The notes below the pieces were generated by a model. That model saw only the letters and a program-made list of their open reading frames with translations, searched no databases and had not been told where the DNA came from. Positions 13,350-24,917 of a stretch of DNA of 64,000 nucleotides are shown here, in pieces. Origin of the DNA: Mobula hypostoma (lineage: Eukaryota); assembly GCF_963921235.1 (NCBI RefSeq), contig NC_086097.1, positions 155,746,001 through 155,810,000 on the forward strand, read 5' to 3'. Each line of letters opens with the position of its first letter. The first letter of the stretch is position 1. The position numbers were made by a program, and so were the translations under genes.

Positions 13350-14330
13350 GTATGTTATCTAAGGTTCAATGGTTTATTTTATTATCAAAGTATGCATGTG
13401 CAATACAACTCTGATATTTGTCTTCTCCAGATAGCCATGAAATACAGAAAAATAAAAACCATGGGGTTTGTTGAAAGAAAATATATCAACCCCACTATCC
13501 ACATGATGAAGAAAGAGAAACAAACCTTGGAAACCCCAAACTCCCCTAACCCCTCCCTCATACAAAACTACAGTCTACCCACCCAGAAAACGACAGCTAG
13601 AACACCAAATCCCAAAACCCCAACTCCTTGCCTTGCACAAAAACTAACATATTGCCCATCCTGAAAACAGCAGCTAGAATATCAAAAAACCCTAAACTGC
13701 TCCCTCACAGAAAAGAACAACGACAAAGACATCTAATACCCAATCCTCTCTCTCACACACAAGAAGTAACAGATCACCCATGCAGAAAATTATCAACAAG
13801 AACACCAAACCCCAAGTCCTTAACCCTTCACTCACACAAAAAGTAACATGTCACCTACCTGCTAATTGGCAACAAGAAATCAAACAGAGAAAACTGAAAG
13901 AGACCAATATAAACAACAGTATAATAATCACATAAATCTCAGAATTTCAAAAACATCCTCCTGTCAGCATCAAGGAGAGCAGCTGCATGAATTTAGTCCT
14001 TCCATGAAGAGCGACTGCCACGCCTGGTTTGGACACTGAGCTGGCATTCATCTTGGTGCTTCAATTTTCCTCAACGCTTCAAAATGGAGTCAATAATGGC
14101 TCCGCACCCCATCTCTGGCCTTCTCCATGAAGTAGCTCTCTAAGGACAGCAGAGGACTAGATCATTGAATCGAATTCCAAACTGCATGTCACAGGCTTCA
14201 GCAATTTCTGAAACTCAATCGAGACAAAAAGGATAAGCAGAAGATGTAGAGAAAGTAAAATAATTGAAGAGATTGGCCATCTGAAAGATGTTGTCCGAGG
14301 AATCATTCGCTAGCACCATCTTGCCCCAAT
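13350..14330 (-). mobile_element. Non-autonomous retroelement with Rex/L2-like tail and internal CCCAAAACCC-type repeats
   Basis: Minus 5' end begins GGCAAGATGGTGC; 3' end resembles other Rex tails in the window (..TACTTTGATAATAAA..). Confidence 0.5.
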
Positions 14331-14775
14331 CCTCCATATTGGAAAGAGAAAGAAGGCTTGCTTGTTTGCTTGTTGGACAGCCAGGCATCATCACTGAAGG
14401 TTTCTCTGAAATGGTTGGCCTATTTGGAACATGCTACCCTGGTGGAAACCTCATCAATATTCCTCTTTCATATAATAGTTGATGGAAGTTCAAAACTATG
14501 TGTAAAGATATTGAAGCACCAGATCTGTGAAGGAGGATAAACTTGCAATCAAAACTTTCAAAGCTGATTTCCCTCATTACCCTAAAGAAAGAAAATTAGT
14601 GATCTATAAATTAGAATTGCAGGACTCTATATCTCATGGAATTCTATTACTTTAGAAACTAAATGACTCATTAGCAGCAACATCCAGATAATATTGATCT
14701 GTTCCTGTTTCCATAATGGCTTACATATTGTCATTTTGATTTGAGCTGCACTGCACGTCATCTGCTGCTGAGTTC

Positions 14776-15712
14776 TATGACGAAAGAGGGTTACAAAAAG
14801 TACACATAGACTAAGACGTTAACTGTCCTGTGCTGGCACCAGCGGGATCAACAGTTGATCTGCCACCTGTCTTCAGGAGAAAGAGAGATAAGGAAGACAA
14901 TGAAGCAGCATTTGGAAATGTTAATGAAGAGACGAGAGAGTTTAACGGAAGGAGACACCCGTCTGAGAACTGTCAAGATCGGCTCCTTTTTGAACCCTGA
15001 ACTGTTTGAAGTATGATGGACAGGCGATACCTCAGCAGGGGGATAAAAAGGGACAGATTCGCTAAGGCAGGACACACACGACACCATGAGGTAACGAGAC
15101 TCTGGAAGCGGTGCGCCTCCCACAAGTCAGTGGGAGTTTTTGGAGGGCTTGTCGCGGGACCAAGCCATAGACGCACAGGGTGGAAAGGTACGATCGGCGG
15201 GAACCTGGTGTGTGTCCGCCCTTGCCTGGGTGCCAGGTTCACTGCAGAGGAACGATCGTATCTGAAACGGAGGGGTCACAGTCGGTGACCTCAGAAGACA
15301 TTACCAAGGGCTCGCCCGAAAGCTGACTGCGAGGAATATCAAAGGTCTGTGTGGAAGCCGTTTTGAATATTCATTCGCTTTTGCCCTCTCTATTCTTCCC
15401 CCCACCCCCCCCCCGTCCACCGGCACGGCAGTGATTACTGTGAACTGAACTGAACTCAATTGAACTGAACTTTGCGTCACTTTGAAACTGGTCATTTACC
15501 CCTAGACAACGATAGAGCTTGATTGATCCTATTATCCTAGTTCTGTGTACATGTGTGTTTATCATTGCTGAACTGTTGTATTTATTATCCTTTTGATTAG
15601 AGTACTGTGTTGCTTATTTCTTTATTAAAACTTTCTTAGTTCCAGGAATCCAGACTCCAACTGAGTGATCCATTTCTGCTGGTTTGGCAACCCAGTTACG
15701 GGGTACGTAACA
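14776..15712 (+). mobile_element. Solo LTR (Gypsy-type), 937 bp
   Basis: Inverted termini TATGACG (TG mutated)..CGTAACA; 4-bp TSD GTTC at 14772-14775 and 15713-15716; CpG-rich with ATTAAA near the 3' end. Confidence 0.9.
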
Positions 15713-16494
15713 GTTCCATCATAGCAATTAACAAGGTCTAAAATTTCTCTCATAACGAAACGCACAGATTGATTTACCTTTACAGGGTTCACCTTGATGG
15801 GAGAGGTTCCTTCAAGAGGTGTTATGAATTGAGTGATAACAGTTCGTGTTGATGGTTGTATACCACATAACAGAATAGAGTTTTACACAAAGAACCATAG
15901 AGTGTTTTGGTTTTGCTGAATTTTGCATGCACTGAACATGGTATCAATGTGAATCTTTTGATAAGGAATTCCAATTGGACAATCAATGCAGAACAAGAGT
16001 GTTTTGGCCTGGCCAATCATTCTGATGTTCCCTATCAGTTCCACTCACTCCTCTCCCACTTCAGCTGATCTCTCTACTCTGTCTTTACCTTATCCCCTTA
16101 TTTAACCAGATTCGTGTTTGCTATGCATCTGTGGGGGGGGGGGGTGCCTTTAATATATAACTGCAGTCTGTTCATGACTGCTAGCAGGTACATCATCTCA
16201 GGAATTCTTACAGTACCTCAGAAAAAAAGAAGCGCAGTGCCATGGCAGCTGTGTGAAATGTTTGATCACATAATGTCAGCAGCAAGCACTTGAGTTCAAT
16301 GTGTTTCTTGCTCCTGTGAAAGGGAATAACAAAAACATTTAAGAGCACACTTGCAATATTATGCCATTTGATTTGGGGCATGTTCAGGGCAGCTAAACTT
16401 ATACTGGTTTACAATTATCAGTGATCTTTTGGCAGTAATGGATAGAGAGTATTAATTAAAATATGAAACAGTTTTCAGGAAATACGTAGTGACG

Positions 16495-17000
16495 GCAGGT
16501 GCTGAAATCTGGAGAAACACACAAGATGCTGGAGAAACTCAAAGGCTCAGACATCTTCTGCTGAAGAGCCTCGGCCCCAAATGTCAAATGTTTATTCCTT
16601 TCCATAGACGCTGCCTGACCTGCTGAGTTCCTCTAGCATTTTGTGTGTGTATCTATGGAGGAAAATGGATTGTGAGTTGAACTCATCCTGACTATCTATT
16701 TCCCGAAGGTCTGACACCCTTCAGGAAATACCTGTAAATTTCCACTGACACTTTAAGGCATTCAAATCCGGAGCTGGTGGTTGGACATTCTGATTTGTTC
16801 ATTGTAACTACACAGGGAAAAACAATACATGGATGTTTATAGACACAAGAGATTCTGCAGATGCTGGAAATCCTGAGAAACACAAACAAAATGCCAAAGG
16901 AACTCAGCAGGTCAGCCAGGATCTATGGAGGAAAATAAACAGTTAATGTTTTGGAGTGAGAGCCTTCAGCAAGACTGGAAAAGAAGGGGCAGAAGCCAGA
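16495..17000. mobile_element. Old Penelope terminal-repeat relics, partly inverted
   Basis: GATGCTGGA..ACTCAGCAGGTCAG motifs in both orientations; decayed hammerhead-like CTGAAGAGCCTCGGCCCCAAATGTC. Confidence 0.65.
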
Positions 17001-17264
17001 ACCTGTTGTTCATGTCAATTGGTATTTATTGAAACCTCGTGATGTGATTAGGTGGAAGCTATTAAATGTCAGCTCCTGTATTAGTGCACTTAGGACACAG
17101 TTCAGCACAAATCTGTTTTGTAACTTACCTTCTAGCTGTTACTATATTCATAAAACCATCCCTTGATACTGTAAGCAGTGAGATATACGGTATTTTGGGT
17201 GTCAGGAGTTTGTTCCCTGAAGTTCTCAAACCAATCACCTTCATTTACAGCCATGTGGGCCAGA

Positions 17265-17488
17265 TGTTTTACACAGTTTCCCTCACCATTAGACTAATGT
17301 TACGTATGCAAATGTGACTGAGGGGGACAGGTGCATTGGAGGTTGTTGGGGTTGATGGTGATATTCCAATCACTTGCTGGTCAAAACATGCATGGAATGT
17401 ATTAGGCTCATCTGGAAGGGAGGTGTTGCTGTTGGCAATGCTGCTTGACTTCATCTGGTAGCCTGTTATAGCGTGTGAAGCTCTGGAT
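17265..17488 (-). mobile_element. Rex1-like LINE internal fragment
   Basis: HAITGYQMKSSSIANSNTSLPDEPNTFHACFDQ. Confidence 0.65.
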
Positions 17489-18361
17489 GGGATTGGCTGA
17501 GACAACTACAACTTGATTGGAAATCATCCACCATTTGCATGCTACATCTCCTGTAATAAAGCCAATTGAAAGTGAATTAGAAAAGGTACTGGAAGATGCC
17601 AAAGCAGTGTTCAAGGATGGCACTGGAAATCTCAAACATATCATGGGTCAAATAGTGTTAAATGAAAATATCACACCTAGGTTTTACACAGCTCGTCCTT
17701 TTCCTTATATCATCTGTGATAAATTAATCAGTGAGCTAGATTGTATGGAAGCTGAAGGAATTCTTTTCAAGGTTGAGTGGAGCCCACGGGAACACTAGTA
17801 GTCCCAGTAGCCTACAAGAATGTGTCTATCAAGATCTGTGACGATTATAAGGTCACCATCAACCCAGTACTGAAAGTGAATCAACACCCTCTGCCCAGGA
17901 TAGAAGGTATCTGTGCAAATCTTTCTGGAGGGAAACACTTCAGCAATGTCAGCGTAGCTGAGGCCTGCATACAGATAGAGATGGAAGAAGAGTCCAAAAT
18001 GTTTCTCACATAACTACTCCCGAAGGGTTTTATTGCTATAATAGGCTTATTTTTGGAGTAGCATCTGCACCTGCACTCTGGCAGAAAGCCAAGGACCAGG
18101 TGCTGCAAGGCTGCCCGGGCACTCGGTATTACTGGGATGATACCATTGTTACCAGTAAGGATGACAAGGAATATTTCCAAACCAATGTTAAAAATATTGG
18201 AAGATGATGGGTTTAGAACATGACAAGCATCTTTAAAACAAGCATCATTTACTTAGTTACACCATTGATGCACAAGAGTGTTAAGAAAATTTAAGCAGTG
18301 ATGGATACCCCAAGACCAAAGGACATGTCACAGTTGCAGTCTTTTTTTTTAGGAATTTGTT

Positions 18362-20382
18362 CTCACAAAATGTTCCTGAGTGTGTTATTTCTTTAGACGC
18401 CGAGAAAGCTTTTGATAGAGTAGAATGGCCTTATTTATTTAAGGTGCTTGAAATGTTTAATTTTAGCTTGAAATTTATATCCTGGATTAAACTGTTATAT
18501 CATTCCCCTGTAGCCTCGGTCCGTACTAACTCTTTAAACTCACCTTTTTTCCCTCTTTTTCGAGGTACTCGACAAGGCTGTCCTCTTAGTCCCCTATTAT
18601 TTGATATTGCATTAGAACCTCTTGCAATTGCCATTCCAGAATCTTCAAATATTACTGGGATAACTCGGGGATTAAAGTCCCATAAATTATCACTCTATGC
18701 TGATGATTTACTTTTATATATTTCTAATCCTGAGAAATCCATTCCTGCTGTTTTAGAATTATTAGCACAATTTGGTTTTTTTTCAGGTTATAAATTAAAT
18801 CTTAGTAAGAGTGAACTCTTTCCGATTAATAAACATCTTCCCTTATATTATAAATTTCCATTTAAATTGATTGATAACTATTTTTCTTATCTTGGGATTA
18901 AAATTACTTGTAAATATAAAGATTTATTTAAGATTAACTTTTTACCATTAATAGACCATATTACTCAACTTTCATCTAAATGGTTTCCTTTATATTTAAC
19001 TTTGATTGGTCGTATTAATGCAGTTAAGATGTTTTTTTTTGCCAAAATTTTTATATGTGTTTCAGGCATTACCAATTCTTGTTCCAAAATCTTTCTTTGA
19101 TAAAGTTGACTCTAAAATTTCTTCATTTATTTGGCAGAATAAAAATCCGAGACTGGGTAAAATACATTTACAGAAAGCTAAGAGAGATGGAGGTTTAGCA
19201 TTACCTAACTTTAGATTCTATTATTGGGCAATTAATATTCGACATATGAAATTTTGGTTACTTGACCAGGATATACTATCTATTCCTAAATGGGTAGCGT
19301 TGGAACTACAATCTGTTCAGGGCTATACACTTGGCTCTATTTTAGGTTCCTCTCTCCCTTTTGATTCGAAACGCCTTAAGCAGGTGTCTAACCCGATAGT
19401 TAAATATGCTTTGCGTATTTGGTTTCAATTCAGAAAATTTTTTGATCTTAATCAATTCGGGTTAGCGATTCCTATTTTAGGTAACATATTTTTTCCTCCC
19501 TCTTTTACGGATCGCGCTTTTCAAACTTGGAAGACTAAGGGTATTTTACGGTTTTTGGATTTATTTTTAGATGGTTCCCTTATGTCTTTTGAACAATTAT
19601 CTAATAAATATAACTTATCAAGAATACATTTTTTTAGATATTTACAAGTTAGAAATTTCCTAAGTACTATACTTTCTTCCTTTCCAATGCTTCCTCCTAC
19701 ATATATTTTAGATTCGATAATTAACCTTAATCCATGTCAGAAAGGTGCATCGGCTATGATTTATAATATTATTATGAAACTTAGGAAAGCTCCATTTGAT
19801 AAGATTAGGGTAGATTGGGAACAGGAATTGGGGCTTACCATTTCTGTGGATGATTGGGGGCAGATTTTACAATTAGTTAATACTTCCTCTATTTGTGCTA
19901 AACATTCCCTAATTCAATTTAAAGTTGTTCATAGAGCACATATGTCCAAAGATAAGTTAGCGCGTTTTTACTTGCATATTAATCCTTTTTGTGATAGATG
20001 TTCGGGGCAGATAGCCTCTTTAACTCATATGTTTTGGTCTTGCCCTACTTTGGAAACTTTTTGGAGAGACATTTTTAATATTATTTCTAAGGTATTAAAT
20101 ATAGATATCTCTCCTCACCCTATCACTGCTATCTTTGGACTACCTAAAATTTCTAGTAATCTTTCCCCTTCAGCCCGTAGAATGATTGCATTTCTTACTT
20201 TAATGGCGAAAAGATGTATTTTACAACATTGGAAAGAGCTTAATGCTCCAACTACCTTTTTTTGGTTCTCTCAGACGATATTATGTTTGAATCTGGAGAA
20301 AATTAGAAGTAACCTTTATGATTCTTCATTTAAATTTGAACAGACTTGGGGATCTTTTATTCGATATTTTCATTTAATGTAA
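18362..20382 (+). pseudogene. L1 ORF2 C-terminal part (RT and CCHC knuckle) with a single +1 frameshift
   Basis: SLDAEKAFDRVEW, RGTRQGCPLSPLLF, LYADDLLLY, GGLALPNF, CDRC..THMFWSC; frameshift in the T9 run at 19032-19040. Confidence 0.93.
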
Positions 20383-20734
20383 TATATACCCTTCTTGTTT
20401 TTTTTTCACTGTTTTTAATGGAGGTCGGGATTGAGGACGTGATTTTAAGTTTAACTCTGTTTGGTTTCAAGTTAGCCCATTGCTTTGCTTTGCTTTTAGT
20501 TAGTTGCACGGTGGGTTTTTTTGGGGGGGTTTTTTTTTCTTTTTTTCTATTGATATATATATAAAATTTAGTATACTATTATGTTATCTTGGTTTCTTAT
20601 GTTTAAATTACATTGTTTGTAGTTTTTTTTTGGTATTGATACCTTCTGTAATTTTACTATATTTTAACATTGTATTAATGTTTATATGGCTTACCTTTTT
20701 GTATACTTATTCAATAAAAAGATTTAAAAAGAAA
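18362..20734 (+). mobile_element. Young 5'-truncated L1-clade LINE
   Basis: 11-bp TSD AGGAATTTGTT at 18351-18361 and 20735-20745; AATAAA at 20713 and A-rich tail; T-rich 3' UTR. Confidence 0.95.
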
Positions 20735-23638
20735 AGGAATTTGTTAATTACTATTATAGGTTCCTGCCAAACCTGGCTACTGTGCTCCACCCCTTGAACT
20801 CATTATTACAGATCAGGAAGAAATGACAATAGACAAAGCAGTGTGAGGTGGCTTTCCAAAAGGTAAAGGAAATGGTGATGTCAGACATTGTACTCAAATT
20901 ATGATCCACATTACCCAGTGAAGCTTGCCATACACTGTTCAGGATGCCAACAAATCTAGAAGAAGGTGTCCCGAGCTTCAGAACCACTTTCTGCTGTCCC
21001 AAACTCAATTCCTACAACCACCACAAAGGAGTCCTTAGAACCTGAGTTTTTTCACAGCCACAAGTCTCTCCTGCCAAGCAGAGTGGCCCCCATTCCCACC
21101 CCTTGTCAGGAAAGACACATCCCACAAAAGTAGGAAATCATCCACATCAATTATATCTTTAGGTCCGAATGGGAGAATTTAAAATTCACTATGCTGTGTA
21201 TGTCCACATAGTAGTTGTCTTATATAGTATACTGTGTATATAGTTGAGATGCATTATATATTGAGTTGGAGTTTTCAGCTAAACAGGCACAAGGACTGTG
21301 TATTTAATATTTCAGTAATATTTTGGTAATATTGTAAATACATTGTTTGATTAAGCATTCTTGTTCTTTTGAATACTTCATTATGGGTTATATGTAAAAG
21401 CACATGGATGGCATATGTCATCATGCCACCACGTTGTACGTGCATATCTCACTTCAAGTACCAGCGAACATACATGAGCTATCTCCTGGCTCCTTTCTTT
21501 TCCTTTCAATTTGTTTTTGTCTTTTGAAGTTACAAAATATTACAGGGCACAGAACAAACAGTGTCTTGTTGGAGTGAACAGATAGAGGAGTGGTGAGATC
21601 TTTTTCTTTCAGACAGAAGATGTCTTGAACTGTGAATTTCTGTGCATTCTGGGGCAGGAATGGAGTCTTATATATGATCCTCTGACTGTGTCCCTCCACA
21701 GCGGCGATTGTGCGACTTGATGGAAATGGTGGGTGGGTAGTAGGGAATGTTGCCTACTTGTTGCATTCCTTGTGAATGGTCACTGAGTGCTCCAATAACA
21801 GATTTGAGGTGCTCAGTACCTTCTTGGACAAACTTACGCCATTTTCAACACTTACTGTCTGTGCAATCACAAATTATTAAGCATATAATATGTATTCAAG
21901 AACAGTCAGGTGAGTTTTCTCTGTTCTTCAAGACTTCTCTTTCCCTACAAACTCACGATAGGATGATTTTTGGGGGGATTTTGGTGTCAGATTTCAGACA
22001 AGTCCACTTGGTGTTGATAGAGTAGGAGTAAAACCATCGTGTTGTGGGTTTTGGCCTGGAAGGGAATGTATAATTTGATCTGTCTATTCTGACAATTAAA
22101 ACGTGCAGAATTTTGCAGAGACAATGTTATTATTATGCCAGTGTTTTGAGGTGTTTGCTATGGGTTGTTTACACAATTTGACATTAATTCTGAGGTTTCA
22201 ATCCCTGAATAATTTTTCTTCTCAGTTGGTCATGCTCGTGCACCGAAGGCAATGGTTTGTCATCAATGTTTGACTTCATTGAGTGTTGGATCCCAAGATA
22301 CAGAAGGTAATCTACCTTTTCCAAGGTCCGTAAGTTACCCAATGATAAATTGGTGACAAGGGAATCAGGAAAGAGTTAATGGACACTTTGGTCTAACTCT
22401 GCCAGAGCAGCTTTCTGGCTTCACACCTGGCCCCTTCTCTGTAGCCTTTCAATTTATTTTCCTCACTGTATATTGATCTATTTTCTTTTTGAATACAGAT
22501 TCCTACCACATGCTAAGTAAAATATAAGGTTTTACCTCCTCTGCAACTTTCCTGTTGCAAATCTTACCAAGATCTGGAATAATTTCAGAGTTGCAAACCT
22601 CAGCATATGCCCTCATCATTTTTCTGTTCCTCAGTAACTGGATTCAACCTAGTTGCAAATTGTTATGTAGTCTGCATGTTAAAATGCCAAGGAATTGGTT
22701 ACATTCTAAGATTCCTAAGAGACATCACTGATAATGTCATGGAACATCTGCTCTGATCATTGAAATTAGAACAACAATGAACTTATACCTCTAGTTCCAT
22801 TTTGGGGATTCAATAAAATTTATATTCATGGTAAATTAGGCTAACAGTTTCAGACATCATCTGAATCATTAAATTGTATTATTCTTTGACATGTTACTAC
22901 TCATTTATTACCTCACAATACTTGTTGCCTCAGGAACATAAAACATCGTTTTTGCTCATATCAATAAGGCTAGCTGGCTGCCATCTTTTATACAAAAGTC
23001 ACATGATTTGCTCCTGATATTTCTGAAAATGAAATGCTATGTGATCAATATATCTTATTGTCTTGAAATGTTTTCAAACCAGGACAGGCAAACCCCATAA
23101 ACAAGAAAACAATTTCTCTTGGTGTTTATCAGAATAAGCAAGGCTGACATTGGGTAAGAAGATCAACCTGATGGATGTGGGCCCTCACAGAGGCCCAGAG
23201 CTAATACATGAATTCATACATTGCTGTAATGAAATGGTAAGATATTTTGAAACATTTTATTCAGCAAAGTACATTTGAAGTAATATCAGTAATTACTTTG
23301 TGAACAAATATTCTGAAACAGAGACATTCCATAAATCCTTACAACTAGTTAATCCCTCTCCAGTAGTATTATTTGAAGGAAGAAAGTTGTGTATGGTAAT
23401 GTGACAACTTCCTACTCTTCTTCGAGCAGCATTCATTTGTTCCAAGTGATAGGTTGGAAAACTCCAATAAATAAGTGTTTGCATCTCAATTAGAAAGGAA
23501 ACTTAGCAATTTAGAGGGTTAAAGATAAACATAGACTTTACTCAAAAATGCACGACTGTCATTAAAAGAATGATAATTATTGATTATTTTTGACCAAAAA
23601 GAATCCATCTGACATTTAAGAGATAGGTACATGGATGT

Positions 23639-24199
23639 CTGGAGTGTATGGGGTGTCAGGGTAGCATCTCTGGTGGGGAAACATGTCACGTTCTTTTCAA
23701 GGTGGTTAGTCCACCTTTGGTCCCCACCTGGAACTCAACTCTCACCTGTGGCTCCTCGTAGCTGTTTGCATACGATAGCGGCCACACCCCTGGCAATGGC
23801 TTCGACAAGCCGGCTAAACCAGATGAGGATAGCCGATAGGTCTCAAACCCTCGGTGAGATAGGGAGATGTCTATCCCAGCATGTGAAGACAGACTCTGGT
23901 GGTTTGAGCAGACAAGACCTATGGAAGGCCCGACTGTCAAGAAGGAGGTCTCTGCAAGTGTCGTGGAACGTGTAGAGCACGGCAAGACACAGAAGACATC
24001 CTGGTCATCCACTGCACCTAGTCCCATCTCCAGCCATCGCAACTCTGTCTTGCCACTGGATCCAGATGGGAATTGGGAAGAAAGAGCGTTAGGCTGACGC
24101 TATGCAACTCTCCCTCACTTAAATCCAAATCATGCACTAATCTCAACACCATCAATGGTGTCGAGGTCTTCATCAACAACAACGATGGACGAAAAATAT
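23639..24199 (+). mobile_element. RTE-type short non-autonomous element inserted in a CR1 tail
   Basis: 9-bp TSD CATGGATGT at 23630-23638 and 24200-24208; structured 5' end; flanks rejoin as a CR1 3' fragment. RTE assignment is by resemblance. Confidence 0.75.
23650..23827 (+). ncRNA. Predicted HDV-like self-cleaving ribozyme (slightly decayed, hairpin inserted after L3)
   Basis: P1 GGGGTGT/ACACCCC; P2 CTCACCTG/CAGATGAG; P3 GGC/GCC; L3 TCCTCG; GGCAA; P4 TGGCTT-CGAC-AAGCCG; J4/2 GCTAA. Confidence 0.65.
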
Positions 24200-24373
24200 C
24201 ATGGATGTAAGAAAAATGGCTCATGGGCTGTACAGGAGGGATGGATTAGATTGATAGTAGAGTAGGCTTATACTGGTTGGCACAGCTTTGTGGGCCAAAG
24301 GACCCATACAAGCTGTACTATTCTATCTTAACAAAGAATTAATCCTCCCCAATGAGCTATACACGCTCCTGTA

Positions 24374-24917
24374 CATTCAGTGACCACTTTATTAGGTACA
24401 CCTGTACACCCGCTCGTTAATCCAAATATCTAATCAGTCAATCATGTGACAGCAACTCAATGCATAAGAGCATGCAAATACTGTCAAGAGATTCAGTTGT
24501 TGTTCAGAACAAATATCAGAATGGGGAAAATATGTGATCTGAGTGACTGTGACCAATGACTGATTGTTGGTTCCAGACAGGGAGGTTTGACTATCTCAGA
24601 AACTGCCAATCTCTTGGGATTTTTATGCTCAGCAGTCTCTAGAGTTTACAGAGGATGGTGCAAAAAGCAAAAATTGAAAATCATCCAGTGAGTGCAGTTC
24701 TGTGGGCAAAAACGCCTTGTTAATGAGAGAGGTCAAAGAAAATGGCCAGACTCATTCAAGCCGACAGGAAGGAGGCAGTAACTCAGATAACCACACACTA
24801 CAACAGTGATATGGAGAAGAACATTTCTGAGTGCACGTCAAACCTTGAAGTGGATGAGCTACAACAGCAGAAGATGACAAACATACCTCATGTACCTAAT
24901 AAAGTGGCCATTGTGTG
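24374..24917 (+). mobile_element. Non-autonomous Tc1-like element
   Basis: TIRs CATTCAGTGACCACTTTATTAGGTACA / TGTACCTAATAAAGTGGCCATTGTGTG; remnant peptide MARLIQADRKEAVTQITTHYN; second copy at 50371. Confidence 0.85.

Larger units (their letters stand above)
17488..21544 (+). mobile_element. Gypsy LTR retrotransposon relic (RT/RNase H fragments, deletions, probable 3' LTR about 21297-21544), interrupted by L1
   Basis: PRFYTARPFPY, ICDDYKVTINPVL..PLPRIE..ANLSGGKHFS, YNRLIFGVASAPALWQK, YWDDTIVT, PRPKDMSQLQSF; continues after the L1 as FVNYY..FLPNLATVLHPLNSLL. Confidence 0.88.

Noticed and set aside
22226..22330. Exon-like segment with acceptor and GTAAGT donor
   Set aside because: Short, no recognisable peptide, compatible with chance
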